A DNA stretch of 64,000 bases from Burkholderiaceae bacterium (lineage in GTDB: Bacteria > Pseudomonadota > Gammaproteobacteria > Burkholderiales > Burkholderiaceae_D). Position 1 is the first letter of the stretch. Every line of letters starts with the position of its first letter. Location: positions 76,047 to 140,046 of the forward strand of contig DAIONG010000007.1 of NCBI GenBank assembly GCA_036755305.1, written 5' to 3'. The notes under the pieces were generated by a model. The model was not told the DNA's origin. It did no database searches and saw nothing but the letters and a program-made list of their open reading frames with translations. The position numbers and the translations under genes were made by a program. Of this stretch, positions 51,645-60,470 are shown one piece after another.

Positions 51645-52643
51645 TTATTTGGCTGTGGTTTGGTAGCGCCATACGTCGGCGCACATTTGAGCGACATCAC
51701 GTTCGGCAGTCCAGCCCAGCTCCTCGCGGGCCAGGGACGGATCGGCGTAGCACTTGGCCACGTCGCCGGGACGGCGGTCGACGATCTGGTAGGCGACCGG
51801 ACGCCCGCTGGCCGCTTCGAAGGCGCGCACCATTTCCAATACACTATTGCCCCGGCCAGTGCCGAGGTTGAAGGTGACGATGCCCGGTCCCTTGTTCAGG
51901 CGATCCAGGGTCTTGACGTGGCCGATGGCGAGATCCACCACGTGGATGTAGTCGCGCAGGCCAGTGCCGTCCGGGGTGTCGTAGTCGCCGCCGAACACCG
52001 ACAGCTTGTCGCGCTGGCCGTTGGCAACCTGGGCGATGTAGGGGACGAGGTTGTTGGGGATGCCGCTCGGCTCTTCGCCGATCAGCCCGCTTTCATGGGC
52101 GCCGACCGGATTGAAGTAGCGCAGCAGCGCGATGCGCCAATCGGGCTCGGCCTTGGCCAGGTCGCGCAGGATGTCTTCGATCATCAGCTTGCTGCGGCCG
52201 TAGGGATTGGTGGCCGACAATGGAAAGTCTTCGCGGATCGGCACCGAGGCCGGGTCGCCGTACACGGTGGCCGACGACGAGAACACCAGCGATTTGCAGC
52301 CGAACTTGGCCATGGTCTCGAACAGGATCACGCTGCCGTTGACGTTGTTGTCGTAGTAGCGCAGCGGCTGCGCCACCGATTCGCCGACCGCCTTCAGGCC
52401 GGCGAAGTGGATCACCGCCTCGGGCTTGTGCTGGGCGAACGCGGCTTCCATGGCCGCGCGGTCGCGGATGTCGGCCTGGACGAAGGCGAACGGCTTGCCG
52501 GTGATGCGCTCGACGCGCTCGCAGACCGACTGCTGGGCGTTCGACAGGTTGTCGACCACGACCACGTCATGCCCGGCGTTCTGCAGTTCGACGACGGTAT
52601 GCGAACCGATATAGCCCACGCCGCCAGTAACCAGAATCTTCAT
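51645..52643 (-). CDS. galE: UDP-glucose 4-epimerase
   Basis: 332 aa with the Rossmann motif (VTGGVGYIGSH), the catalytic YGRSK and full-length GalE-like sequence. Confidence 0.88.
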   Translation of the reverse strand: MKILVTGGVGYIGSHTVVELQNAGHDVVVVDNLSNAQQSVCERVERITGKPFAFVQADIRDRAAMEAAFAQHKPEAVIHFAGLKAVGESVAQPLRYYDNNVNGSVILFETMAKFGCKSLVFSSSATVYGDPASVPIREDFPLSATNPYGRSKLMIEDILRDLAKAEPDWRIALLRYFNPVGAHESGLIGEEPSGIPNNLVPYIAQVANGQRDKLSVFGGDYDTPDGTGLRDYIHVVDLAIGHVKTLDRLNKGPGIVTFNLGTGRGNSVLEMVRAFEAASGRPVAYQIVDRRPGDVAKCYADPSLAREELGWTAERDVAQMCADVWRYQTTAK

Positions 52644-52718
52644 GTCTTTCGCTCTCTGTAATATGTTGATGATCCATTTCTTGCCCGCGGCGCCACCTGC
52701 CGCGCCGCGCTACCCGCT

Positions 52719-53465
52719 TCACTCATCCGCCCTCGCCGCTTCCTTGATCAGCAGCCAGAGAAACGCCATATCGTCGATGAAGTAGCGCCGGAACATCCGG
52801 CGCGGCTCCTGCAGGAAGCGGAAGAACCACTCGAGCCCGGCCTTCTGCATCCACGCCGGCGCCCGCTTGACCAGGCCGATCGCCACGTCGAAGCTCCCGC
52901 CGACTCCCATCGCGAACGGTATCCGCATCTCGGCCTGGTACAGCCCGAGAAATCGTTCTTTCTTGGGCGAGGAAATCGCCACGAACAGCAGGTCTGCGCG
53001 GCTGTCGCGCACCTGACGCACCACCTCCGCTTCGGCCTCCTCGCCCTGCCAGTAGCCGTCGCGCACGCCGGCCAGCACCAGGCCCGGATAGCGGCGGGCA
53101 TAGGTCGCGGCCACTTCGCGCACCACCCCCAGGCGCGCACCGAGCAGGAACACCCGCCAGCCCCTGTGCGCCGCGCGCCCCATCAGCGCCTCGAACAGGT
53201 CGATGCCGGCCACCCTTTCCTTGAGCGGCTTGCCCAGCAGGCGCGAAGCCCACACCACCGGCATGCCGTCCACATTGACCAGGTCGCAGGCATTGATGAT
53301 GCGGCGCAGCTCATCGTCGCGGCTGGCCTTGACCAGCTTGTCGACATTGACCACGACATGCTGGTGCGGCCGCCGGGCGCGCACGAAACCTTCGACCAGC
53401 TCCAGGGTCTCTTCCATTGAAACGTTATCTATATTACAACCAAACAGCGTGACGCGCTCGTTCAT
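52719..53465 (-). CDS. WecB/TagA/CpsF-family glycosyltransferase
   Basis: ORF track end is 53501. I chose MNERVTLFGCNIDNVSMEETLELV... The family core is DGMPVVWASRLLG...QEKW-type/GVGGSFD. Confidence 0.8.
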   Translation of the reverse strand: MNERVTLFGCNIDNVSMEETLELVEGFVRARRPHQHVVVNVDKLVKASRDDELRRIINACDLVNVDGMPVVWASRLLGKPLKERVAGIDLFEALMGRAAHRGWRVFLLGARLGVVREVAATYARRYPGLVLAGVRDGYWQGEEAEAEVVRQVRDSRADLLFVAISSPKKERFLGLYQAEMRIPFAMGVGGSFDVAIGLVKRAPAWMQKAGLEWFFRFLQEPRRMFRRYFIDDMAFLWLLIKEAARADE

Positions 53466-53505
53466 GCGTGCCTCCGGTCCGGCAGCTGACGTTTCCCACA
53501 ATTAA

Positions 53506-55512
53506 TTATTTATCATCGATAAAGGTAATTGTAAACCTGCATTCGATGGGAACGGCGGACGATATGGTCGTGATGCGCAGCACTTCGCACGGCGTCTTCG
53601 ATTCATAGGCGGCCGAATACCAGCCCAGCGGCGGATTCTCGGCGCCGCGCACCAGTTCCAGGTGCAGGTCTTCGCCACTGGCCTGCATCTGCAGCACGAA
53701 GCGCTTGCCGCGCACCGACAGGCCCTGGCTGGTCAGGCGCACGTCCAGGCCGGGGGCGAAATGCCAGAAGGCCTCGACCTTGTGCGGCTTCTTGCCCGCC
53801 ACCTCGTCGCGCACGGTCAGCGTATTGGTGGCGCCGTCGAAGCGCACGCTGCGCAGGTGCAGTACCGGGTCCGGCAGGCGCGCATAGCCGTCGTGCGAGC
53901 CGCGGAAGTCGAATTCCTGGGGCGAAGCAGGCATGCGCTCGATGCTGGCGCGCGCCTTGCGCAACCACATGAAGCGCCCGCCCGGCACCGACTGGTCGAG
54001 GCCATCGACGCGCACGGTATTGTGGCTCGAAGTGCCGCGGAAATAATCGCGCCATTTCTGGTCTTGCCAGTAGGAATAAGTGCCGGGATCGACCAGGCAA
54101 GCCTCGCCCGCCACCGACAGGCTCAGGGCCAGCGCATCGGCGTGGCCGTGGGCGGCGATGCCGAGATAGCCCAGCGGGCCGCAGTCGAGCAGGCCCTTGA
54201 TCTCGTTGGCTTCGCCGAAGTGATTGCCGAACAGCAGGTAGCCGCCGTCGGGGAACGACCATCCGGACTCGACTTCATGCGGATCGCAGTCGGGCCGTCC
54301 GCCCGGCAGCGCGTGCAGCAGCCAGCGCACGCCAGGATGGTGATCCGGCTGGGCGCCGAACACGGTGTCGCCCAGCGCCAGCAATTGCGCGGCGCGGTCC
54401 GGGCCCGGCCGTCCGCTGCCGGCGTGCAGGCGGAACACGCAGCCGTCGTCGGCGTCGCCCACCATCGGCAGGCCGCCGTCGACGTCGCGTACCGAGCGCA
54501 GGAAGCGCAAGGCCCGCTGCAGCACGGCCCAGTAGCTGCGCGAGAAGGGTCGACTGCGCGCCTGACCGCGCGCCTGGCCGTGCGCCTGGGCCAGCAGTCC
54601 GGCCACAAACAGGCATTCACAGGAAAACATATGATAAGCAAACGCCTGCTCGCGGTTGACGCCGTCGCGCGAGAACTGGGCCTGGGCCTCGTGCTCCAGC
54701 TCGCGATGTGCCTGGTCTTTCCAGTCCTTCGATTCCTTCCAGCACGGCCAGGTGACGGCGCCGGCATACAGGCCGGCCATCTCAGCGATCAGGTGGTTGT
54801 TGGCCGAGGAATGGCGCGACGGGTGGCGCGCAATGGTGCGGCAGTGGGCGTGGATGCTGTCCAGCCAGTCGGCGCGCAGGCGGCGCCCGTTGTCGCCCTC
54901 GAACAGCGCGCTCGAGTCGCCGCCCACCAACTGCCAGATCAGGCTCCAGTTGACGAGGCGGATGCCCAGCTCCATCGAACTGGTCCAGTTGGGACCGGTG
55001 AGCGGCGGGCAGGCCTCGAACCAGCTGCGCAGGTTCTGCTCGAGGGCGTGCAGCCAGCGCGGCTCGCTCGTCAGCGCCCAGGCCTGGGCCAGGGTCACCA
55101 GGTGCAGGTGGCGGTTCAGCTCCCACACATGCTTGATGTCGCCCACCAGTTCGCGGTCGCTGATGGCGATATCGCCGCGGTACAGCGGCGGCGCCACGAC
55201 GCCGGTCTCGGGATCGCGGTTCCAGGCGGTCGGCACGCCGACGTCGAAGCGGCGTTCGGCGAACAGCACCACATGGCCGGCCTCGATGCGCTCGGCGTCG
55301 AGCAGCAGCGCATCGATCTCGGCCCGGTCCAGCGCGGGTGCGCCGCGCACGCCCAGGTTCAGGGTGCGCGGCAGCGGCGGCGGCGCGGCGCGGCCCGTGG
55401 AGCGCCGCGCCAGGCCGATCGCCGCCGCCTGGCGTAGCCGGTAAGCCATTTCCGGCACCGACATGCAGCGCAGCCGGTTGACCAGCCACGCCATTTGGTC
55501 TGTTGCGTTCAT
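53506..55512 (-). CDS. heparinase II/III-family protein without a signal peptide
   Basis: The ORF track frame extends to 56145. I chose the ATG at 55510-55512 (MNATDQMAWLVNRLRCMS...). 668 aa. The alpha/alpha-toroid N-half contains NHLIAEMAGL. The Hepar_II_III-type C-half contains GHAHADALALSLSVAG...SSHNTVRVDG. Confidence 0.75.
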   Translation of the reverse strand: MNATDQMAWLVNRLRCMSVPEMAYRLRQAAAIGLARRSTGRAAPPPLPRTLNLGVRGAPALDRAEIDALLLDAERIEAGHVVLFAERRFDVGVPTAWNRDPETGVVAPPLYRGDIAISDRELVGDIKHVWELNRHLHLVTLAQAWALTSEPRWLHALEQNLRSWFEACPPLTGPNWTSSMELGIRLVNWSLIWQLVGGDSSALFEGDNGRRLRADWLDSIHAHCRTIARHPSRHSSANNHLIAEMAGLYAGAVTWPCWKESKDWKDQAHRELEHEAQAQFSRDGVNREQAFAYHMFSCECLFVAGLLAQAHGQARGQARSRPFSRSYWAVLQRALRFLRSVRDVDGGLPMVGDADDGCVFRLHAGSGRPGPDRAAQLLALGDTVFGAQPDHHPGVRWLLHALPGGRPDCDPHEVESGWSFPDGGYLLFGNHFGEANEIKGLLDCGPLGYLGIAAHGHADALALSLSVAGEACLVDPGTYSYWQDQKWRDYFRGTSSHNTVRVDGLDQSVPGGRFMWLRKARASIERMPASPQEFDFRGSHDGYARLPDPVLHLRSVRFDGATNTLTVRDEVAGKKPHKVEAFWHFAPGLDVRLTSQGLSVRGKRFVLQMQASGEDLHLELVRGAENPPLGWYSAAYESKTPCEVLRITTISSAVPIECRFTITFIDDK

Positions 55513-55534
55513 CGAATTTTCCTCACCGTTCTCA

Positions 55535-56635
55535 TCATTGCGCTCTCTCGTCCAGCAATTGCGCGTACAGCGCGGCAAATTTGCCGCACACCACGCCGGC
55601 CGCGTAGTGTCGTTCAACTGTCGCGCGCGCCGCGCACGCCAGCTCTGCATGCAATTGACCGTCGTCCAGCAGGCGCCCGATGACGCGCGCCAGCGCCGCC
55701 GCGTCGTGCGGCGGGACCAGCAGGCCGAGGGCGCCGTCGGCCAGCGTTTCCGGGACCCCGCCGACCTCCGTCGCGACGACCGGCACGCCGGCCGACATCG
55801 CCTCGAGCACCGACATCGGCAAGCCTTCGGCGTGCGAGGGCAGGCAGAACAGCCAGGCGCGCGCCAGTTGCGCGTCGCGCGCGGCCGCATCCAGCCAGCC
55901 CGGCGTCTCGACCCGGCCGGCGATGCCGAGGTCAAAGGCGCGGCGGCGCACCCAGTCCAGGTCACCCGTGCCGCCCAGCACCAGGCGCAGCTGCGGGTGG
56001 CGCACGGCCAGCGCAGCGCCGGCTTGCAGCAGTTCATCCACGCCCTTGGCCGGGTCGAGGCGGCCCAGGAACAGGATGCGGCCCGCTTCGGCTCGTTCAC
56101 GCGCCGTGGAAGGCGCCAGGTGCACCGGGTTGGGCACAACCTCAACCTGCGCGCGCGGTGCGCATTGGCGCACCCAGGCCGCCCAGCCGGGCGACAGCGC
56201 GATCACGCGCGAGCTGGCTTCCAGCGTGTGCCGGATCCAGCGCCGCAACAGCGGTCCGGCTTCCACCTGCGCGTAGCGGCTAAAGCCGCCGCCATGCAGG
56301 TGGAACACGGTGCGCGCGCCGCCCATGCGCGCCATCAGCAGCACCAGCGACTTGCGCATGAAACTGGCATGCGATCCGGCGTGCACGTGGACGATAGCCG
56401 GCCGCCCCCCGGCGCCGAGACAGGCCCGTCCGCTGCGCCACAGGCCGCGCAGCGCGCTGCCGAGCTTATCCAGCCGACGCCCCTCGGCGTGGGTCGCGAC
56501 GTAGACGACGCCCTCGCGCTCGAACAGGCCGTCGGCGCGCAGCACGTCGACCACGCTTGCGATCCCTCCCCTGCCCCCCAGCGCCGTCCCGACCATCAGC
56601 ACGCGTGGGGGCGCCGTGCTCATGCTGGTGCTCAT
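55535..56635 (-). CDS. GT4-family (GT-B) glycosyltransferase
   Basis: The start is uncertain (ATG at 56635 or 56623; ORF track 56689). The N-terminus reads RVLMVGTALGGRGGI and the C-terminal EX7E region reads PSHAEGLPMSVLEAMSAGVPVVAT. Confidence 0.78.
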   Translation of the reverse strand: MSTSMSTAPPRVLMVGTALGGRGGIASVVDVLRADGLFEREGVVYVATHAEGRRLDKLGSALRGLWRSGRACLGAGGRPAIVHVHAGSHASFMRKSLVLLMARMGGARTVFHLHGGGFSRYAQVEAGPLLRRWIRHTLEASSRVIALSPGWAAWVRQCAPRAQVEVVPNPVHLAPSTARERAEAGRILFLGRLDPAKGVDELLQAGAALAVRHPQLRLVLGGTGDLDWVRRRAFDLGIAGRVETPGWLDAAARDAQLARAWLFCLPSHAEGLPMSVLEAMSAGVPVVATEVGGVPETLADGALGLLVPPHDAAALARVIGRLLDDGQLHAELACAARATVERHYAAGVVCGKFAALYAQLLDERAQ

Positions 56636-56748
56636 GCAGGCGCCCACGCCGGGAAATGTGTCGCAATCCTGATCATGAGATTCAAGCACTTATGAAAGGG
56701 GCAATATTTACGATCATACATGGCATATTGTCGAATCTTGCGCACGAT

Positions 56749-58044
56749 TCAGCCATCGACGGCGATGAACTCGAACTTGCCGTTGGCGCCGCGCGCAATC
56801 GCCTCGACCCGTTCCACGGCGACCTGCACCCCGGGCACCCGCTGCAGGAATTGTTCGCGCAGGACCGCCTCGTCGCGGCTGCCGAAACCGTCGGCCGCCA
56901 CCACCCGCAGGGTGAAGCGGGCCTGGCCGTGATAGCGCACCTGGCCTTCGAGCAGGCGCAGGCCGCTCCCCTGGAATACGCGGTCCAGGCGCGCCACGAT
57001 GCGGCCATCGGGCAAGGTGAGGATGCGTTCCTGCCGTCCGATCACGGCTTCGAGCGTCGGAAACACGCGGCCGCAGGGGCACGACGCGTGCTGGTCCACA
57101 GCGTCACCGACGCGCACGACGTCGCCGGTGCGATAGCGCGCGAGCGGCATCGCGGCGTTGTTCAGGCTGGTGCCGACGAGTTCGCTGCTGCCGTCGGGCA
57201 GCGCCAGCAATTCGACGCCGCCATAGTCGCTCAGCACGTGGTAGCGGCCGTGCTCGCAGGTGCCGATGGCCGCGACCCGCTCGGCCTGGCCATACCAGTC
57301 GAACACGAGCACGCCAAAGGCGCGCATGACGGCCGCGCGCACGCCGGGCTCCAGGGTCTCGGACGAGGTCATCACGCCGCGCAGGGCGCGGCCCATGTAG
57401 CGGCGTCCGGCCGCCTCGAGCCAGTGGGCGATGGCCCCGATCGAGGATGGATAGGCGTGGATCACCACCGGATCGTAGGCTTCCAGCGCCGCCACATAGG
57501 CGCCGATGGTCGCGTTGGACAGGTGATAGGACGACATCACAAGCAATTGTCCAACCGGGTCGCGCCGCCAGTAGCGCCCATCCTGCGGCCGATCGTCGCA
57601 CACGAGGTCGCCGCGGATCCAGGCGCGGCGCTGCCCCGGCCGCCAGCCGATCCAGCGCAGCTGGCGCTGGATGAAGGCTTCCTCGCGGATCACGGCGCCG
57701 AGCGACTGCACCAGGGTCAGGGGCGAACCCGAGGTGCCGCTGGTGCGGATCGTGTTGCGCAGCAAGGAGCCGAAGCGGCGCGGCCGCAGGTGGCGCGCGG
57801 GATCCTGGCGCAGCGCCGGCTTGGCGAGCAGGAAGGCGCCAGGCGGCACGGCGTGCAGCCGGGTGGCATCCGGCGGCACGGCCACGCCGAGGCGGCGCGC
57901 GCGCCGCGCCACGTAGGCATTCAGCGCAGCGGCCGAGCGCTCGTTGCGCAATAAGGACGGCAGCACCAGCAGCCGCGCCGGCAGGCCGCGCGCCAGCAGG
58001 CGCACGAGCGACTTGAGCGCGAGCGCGCAGGTGCGCGCATCCAT
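56749..58044 (-). CDS. CapK / coenzyme F390 synthetase-like adenylate-forming enzyme (phenylacetate-CoA ligase family)
   Basis: The ORF track frame extends to 59115. I chose the ATG at 58042-58044, which overlaps the upstream GT4 stop codon (ATGA). 431 aa with an AMP-binding P-loop-like motif (TSGTSGSPL). Confidence 0.7.
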   Translation of the reverse strand: MDARTCALALKSLVRLLARGLPARLLVLPSLLRNERSAAALNAYVARRARRLGVAVPPDATRLHAVPPGAFLLAKPALRQDPARHLRPRRFGSLLRNTIRTSGTSGSPLTLVQSLGAVIREEAFIQRQLRWIGWRPGQRRAWIRGDLVCDDRPQDGRYWRRDPVGQLLVMSSYHLSNATIGAYVAALEAYDPVVIHAYPSSIGAIAHWLEAAGRRYMGRALRGVMTSSETLEPGVRAAVMRAFGVLVFDWYGQAERVAAIGTCEHGRYHVLSDYGGVELLALPDGSSELVGTSLNNAAMPLARYRTGDVVRVGDAVDQHASCPCGRVFPTLEAVIGRQERILTLPDGRIVARLDRVFQGSGLRLLEGQVRYHGQARFTLRVVAADGFGSRDEAVLREQFLQRVPGVQVAVERVEAIARGANGKFEFIAVDG

Positions 58045-59264
58045 CAGGCGCCCCGCCCGGCCAGGATGCCGGCATAGGCCTGCGCCACCGCCTGTCCCAG
58101 GACCGCATAGCTGCGGTTGGCGCGGACCCAGCCTGGCCCGCGCGCGGCGCAGGCGGCGGCCAGGCCAGGTTCGTGCAGCAGCCGGCGCACGGCGGCGGCG
58201 AAGGCCGGCGCCTCCATCGGCACGCACAGCCCGGCCCCGCTCTCGGCCAGCACCCGCGCCTGGTCCGGGATGTCGTTGGCCACGCCGGGAATGCCCAGCG
58301 CCAGGTATTCGACCAGCTTGGTCGGCGAAGAAACGTCGTACAGCACGCCGCGCGGGATCGGCGACAGGCCCACCTCGGCCCGCACCGCATAGCCGAGCGC
58401 CACCTGGCGCGGCAGCCAGCCGGTCAGCAGCACGTAATCGTCGAGTCCGCGCGCGGCGATCCCGGCGCGCATCCAGGCCATCTCGTCGCGCGAAGGGGCG
58501 TCGCCGGCGATCACCAGCAGGATATCGGGCACGTCGGTGGCGAGCTGCTCGACGACGTCGAGCAGGAAGCCGGAGCCGCGCGCTTGCGCGACCCGCCCCA
58601 GGTAGAGCACCGCGCGCCGTCCGTCGAGGCGCGGGTCGGCGCTGGGCGGGATCAGCGCGCGTTCGCACAGCGCGGCATCGATGCCCATCGGCACCGCCGT
58701 CATGCGCGCGCGCGACAGTCCCTTGCCGGCCAGCCAGTCGGCCATCGCATCGCTCTGCACGAACACGTGACGCGCCCCGGGCAGCACCAGGCGGTACAGC
58801 AGCCAGCGCGAAGCGGCGGCGCGCGCCGCATGCGCCAGCCAGCGCGGGCCGCGGCCGCGGCGGGCGATCTCGTCGCGCCGCGCCTCGAAGCCTTCGACGA
58901 TCGGGAACGACATCCAGTACAGGAAGGGCACGCCGAGCATGGAGGCGGCGAGGCGGCCCAGCAGCCCCGACGCGATCTTGTCGCGCACCTGGATGCCGTC
59001 GGGCCTGCAGCGGCGCCAGGCACGCGCCAGGCCCAGCAGGTCCCAGGCGGGCGACAGCACGCTGGCGAACCGGCTGCCCAGGCGGCCGACGGCATGCATC
59101 CCGCCGCCGCCCCACTCCATCGGGCCGCGGCCGCCGGACTGGCCGACCAGTTCGCTGCCGACGCCATGGCGCGGCATCTCGGCGCCGAACAGGGTCAGCA
59201 GGTCGGCGCGCACCGGCGGCAAGGGATCGCGCACAATGAAGGCAATGGAAAACGGCTTGCGCAT
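58044..59264 (-). CDS. GT4-family (GT-B) glycosyltransferase
   Basis: 406 aa. The C-terminal region (SPTKLVEYLALGIPGVAND) is typical of Glycos_transf_1. It is the first gene of the same-strand run 59264 to 49041. Confidence 0.75.
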   Translation of the reverse strand: MRKPFSIAFIVRDPLPPVRADLLTLFGAEMPRHGVGSELVGQSGGRGPMEWGGGGMHAVGRLGSRFASVLSPAWDLLGLARAWRRCRPDGIQVRDKIASGLLGRLAASMLGVPFLYWMSFPIVEGFEARRDEIARRGRGPRWLAHAARAAASRWLLYRLVLPGARHVFVQSDAMADWLAGKGLSRARMTAVPMGIDAALCERALIPPSADPRLDGRRAVLYLGRVAQARGSGFLLDVVEQLATDVPDILLVIAGDAPSRDEMAWMRAGIAARGLDDYVLLTGWLPRQVALGYAVRAEVGLSPIPRGVLYDVSSPTKLVEYLALGIPGVANDIPDQARVLAESGAGLCVPMEAPAFAAAVRRLLHEPGLAAACAARGPGWVRANRSYAVLGQAVAQAYAGILAGRGA

Positions 59265-59358
59265 GGCGCCTCGTATCGATGGGTGGGTCCTACCATACTA
59301 GACCCGCGCGAGACGCAAACGTTTCAGCTGGCGCAGGCTTGCCTGCCGCAGCGCCGCA

Positions 59359-59871
59359 CTAGCGGTCGGTGTCGCGGTCGGCCCGGCCGTATTCCCCCGC
59401 CTTCTTTGCCGGCGCGCGCAGGATGGCCAGGATCACCAGGCCGAACAGTGCGCTGAGGAGAGCCGTGGCTTCGCGCCCCATGCCGGCGGCCACGCCGATG
59501 GCGGCCGTCATCCAGATGCTGGCGGCGGTGGTCAGGCCGCGCACATCGTTCATTTCCTTCTGCTTGAGGATAGCGCCGGCGCCCAGGAAGCCAATGCCGG
59601 CCGTGACACCCTGCAGCACGCGCGACAGGTCCGACACCTCCATTCCGGCCTGCAAGGGGATCAGCACGAACAACGCCGAGCCGACCGAGACCAGCATATG
59701 CGTGCGCAGGCCGGCCGAGGCGCCCACCGTTTCGCGCTCATAGCCCAGCATCCCGCCCACCAGGGCGGCCACCAGCAGGCGCACCACGATGACGGTCACA
59801 TCCTCCGCATTGCCCAGGTCGGAAAATTCACGCTGTATCGTCAGCCAGCTTTCTGTCCACCACGTTTGCAT
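59359..59871 (-). CDS. MgtC/SapB-family membrane protein
   Basis: ORF track end is 60069. I chose the ATG at 59869-59871 (MQTWWTESW...) because longer versions would run into the divergent VOC gene. The MgtC core reads GMLGYERE...GLRTHMLVSVGSALF...GIGFLGAG. The start is uncertain. Confidence 0.7.
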   Translation of the reverse strand: MQTWWTESWLTIQREFSDLGNAEDVTVIVVRLLVAALVGGMLGYERETVGASAGLRTHMLVSVGSALFVLIPLQAGMEVSDLSRVLQGVTAGIGFLGAGAILKQKEMNDVRGLTTAASIWMTAAIGVAAGMGREATALLSALFGLVILAILRAPAKKAGEYGRADRDTDR

Positions 59872-60027
59872 TCCACCACCTTTTGCTGATTCCATTTCCA
59901 TTAAATCATGCCATCCATGCAAGATACGTGTCGCCACGCTCAACCATTCCTGGACGTATTGACGCGCTGCCACCGGGCCGGCTTTCGTATAATCGGCTGC
60001 CCAGCCAACGCTTTTGAGGAGACCCTG

Positions 60028-60456
60028 ATGGAAACGATGGAGATCTACCGCGGACGCCTGATCGACCACATTCAGCTGGTGGTGCGCGACCTGCCCGCTT
60101 CACGCAAGTTCTATACAGCGGTGTTCGAGGTGCTGGGCATCCCGCTGGCCGGCTCGGGCGACGACTATTTCTGGGCCGACGAGCTGTTCGTCTCGACCGC
60201 GGACAGCGAAGCGGCCCAGGGCCAGCTGACCGGCCGCCATCACCTGGCGTTCCAGGCGCGCGACCGCGCCATGGTCGACGCCTTTTATCACGCGGCGCTG
60301 GCCGCCGGCGGCAAGGACAATGGCGCGCCGGGCGAACGCCCCTACCACCCGGGCTATTACGGCGCCTTCGTGATCGATCCCGACGGTAACAATATCGAAG
60401 CCGTGTACCACGGCGAAGCGACCTTCAGCGCGCGCGAGATCAAGATCACGTTCTGA
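60028..60456 (+). CDS. glyoxalase/bleomycin-resistance/dioxygenase (VOC) family protein
   Basis: ORF track start is 59908. I chose the ATG at 60028, preceded by GAGGAG. 142 aa with the motifs IDHIQLVVRDL...HHLAF...DPDGNNIEAV. Confidence 0.8.
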   Translation: METMEIYRGRLIDHIQLVVRDLPASRKFYTAVFEVLGIPLAGSGDDYFWADELFVSTADSEAAQGQLTGRHHLAFQARDRAMVDAFYHAALAAGGKDNGAPGERPYHPGYYGAFVIDPDGNNIEAVYHGEATFSAREIKITF

Positions 60457-60470
60457 CTACGCTGTCCGGC

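Noticed and set aside
53506-56145. The 879-aa ORF appears as one giant protein. The same pattern applies to 56749-59115, 30289-31560, 31145-33334, 33714-34862, 9447-11333 and 50456-51844.
   Set aside because: The N-terminal extensions are Arg/Cys/Trp-rich nonsense that overlaps the neighbouring well-supported gene in another frame. Internal starts give proteins of normal family length, often with ATGA/GTGA coupling to the upstream stop codon.
59872-60069. A 66-aa N-terminal extension of the MgtC-family ORF back to 60069.
   Set aside because: The extension would overlap the divergent VOC gene start (60028) and has no MgtC-family similarity. The ATG at 59871 is preceded by a purine-rich AAGGTGG element. 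The start remains uncertain.
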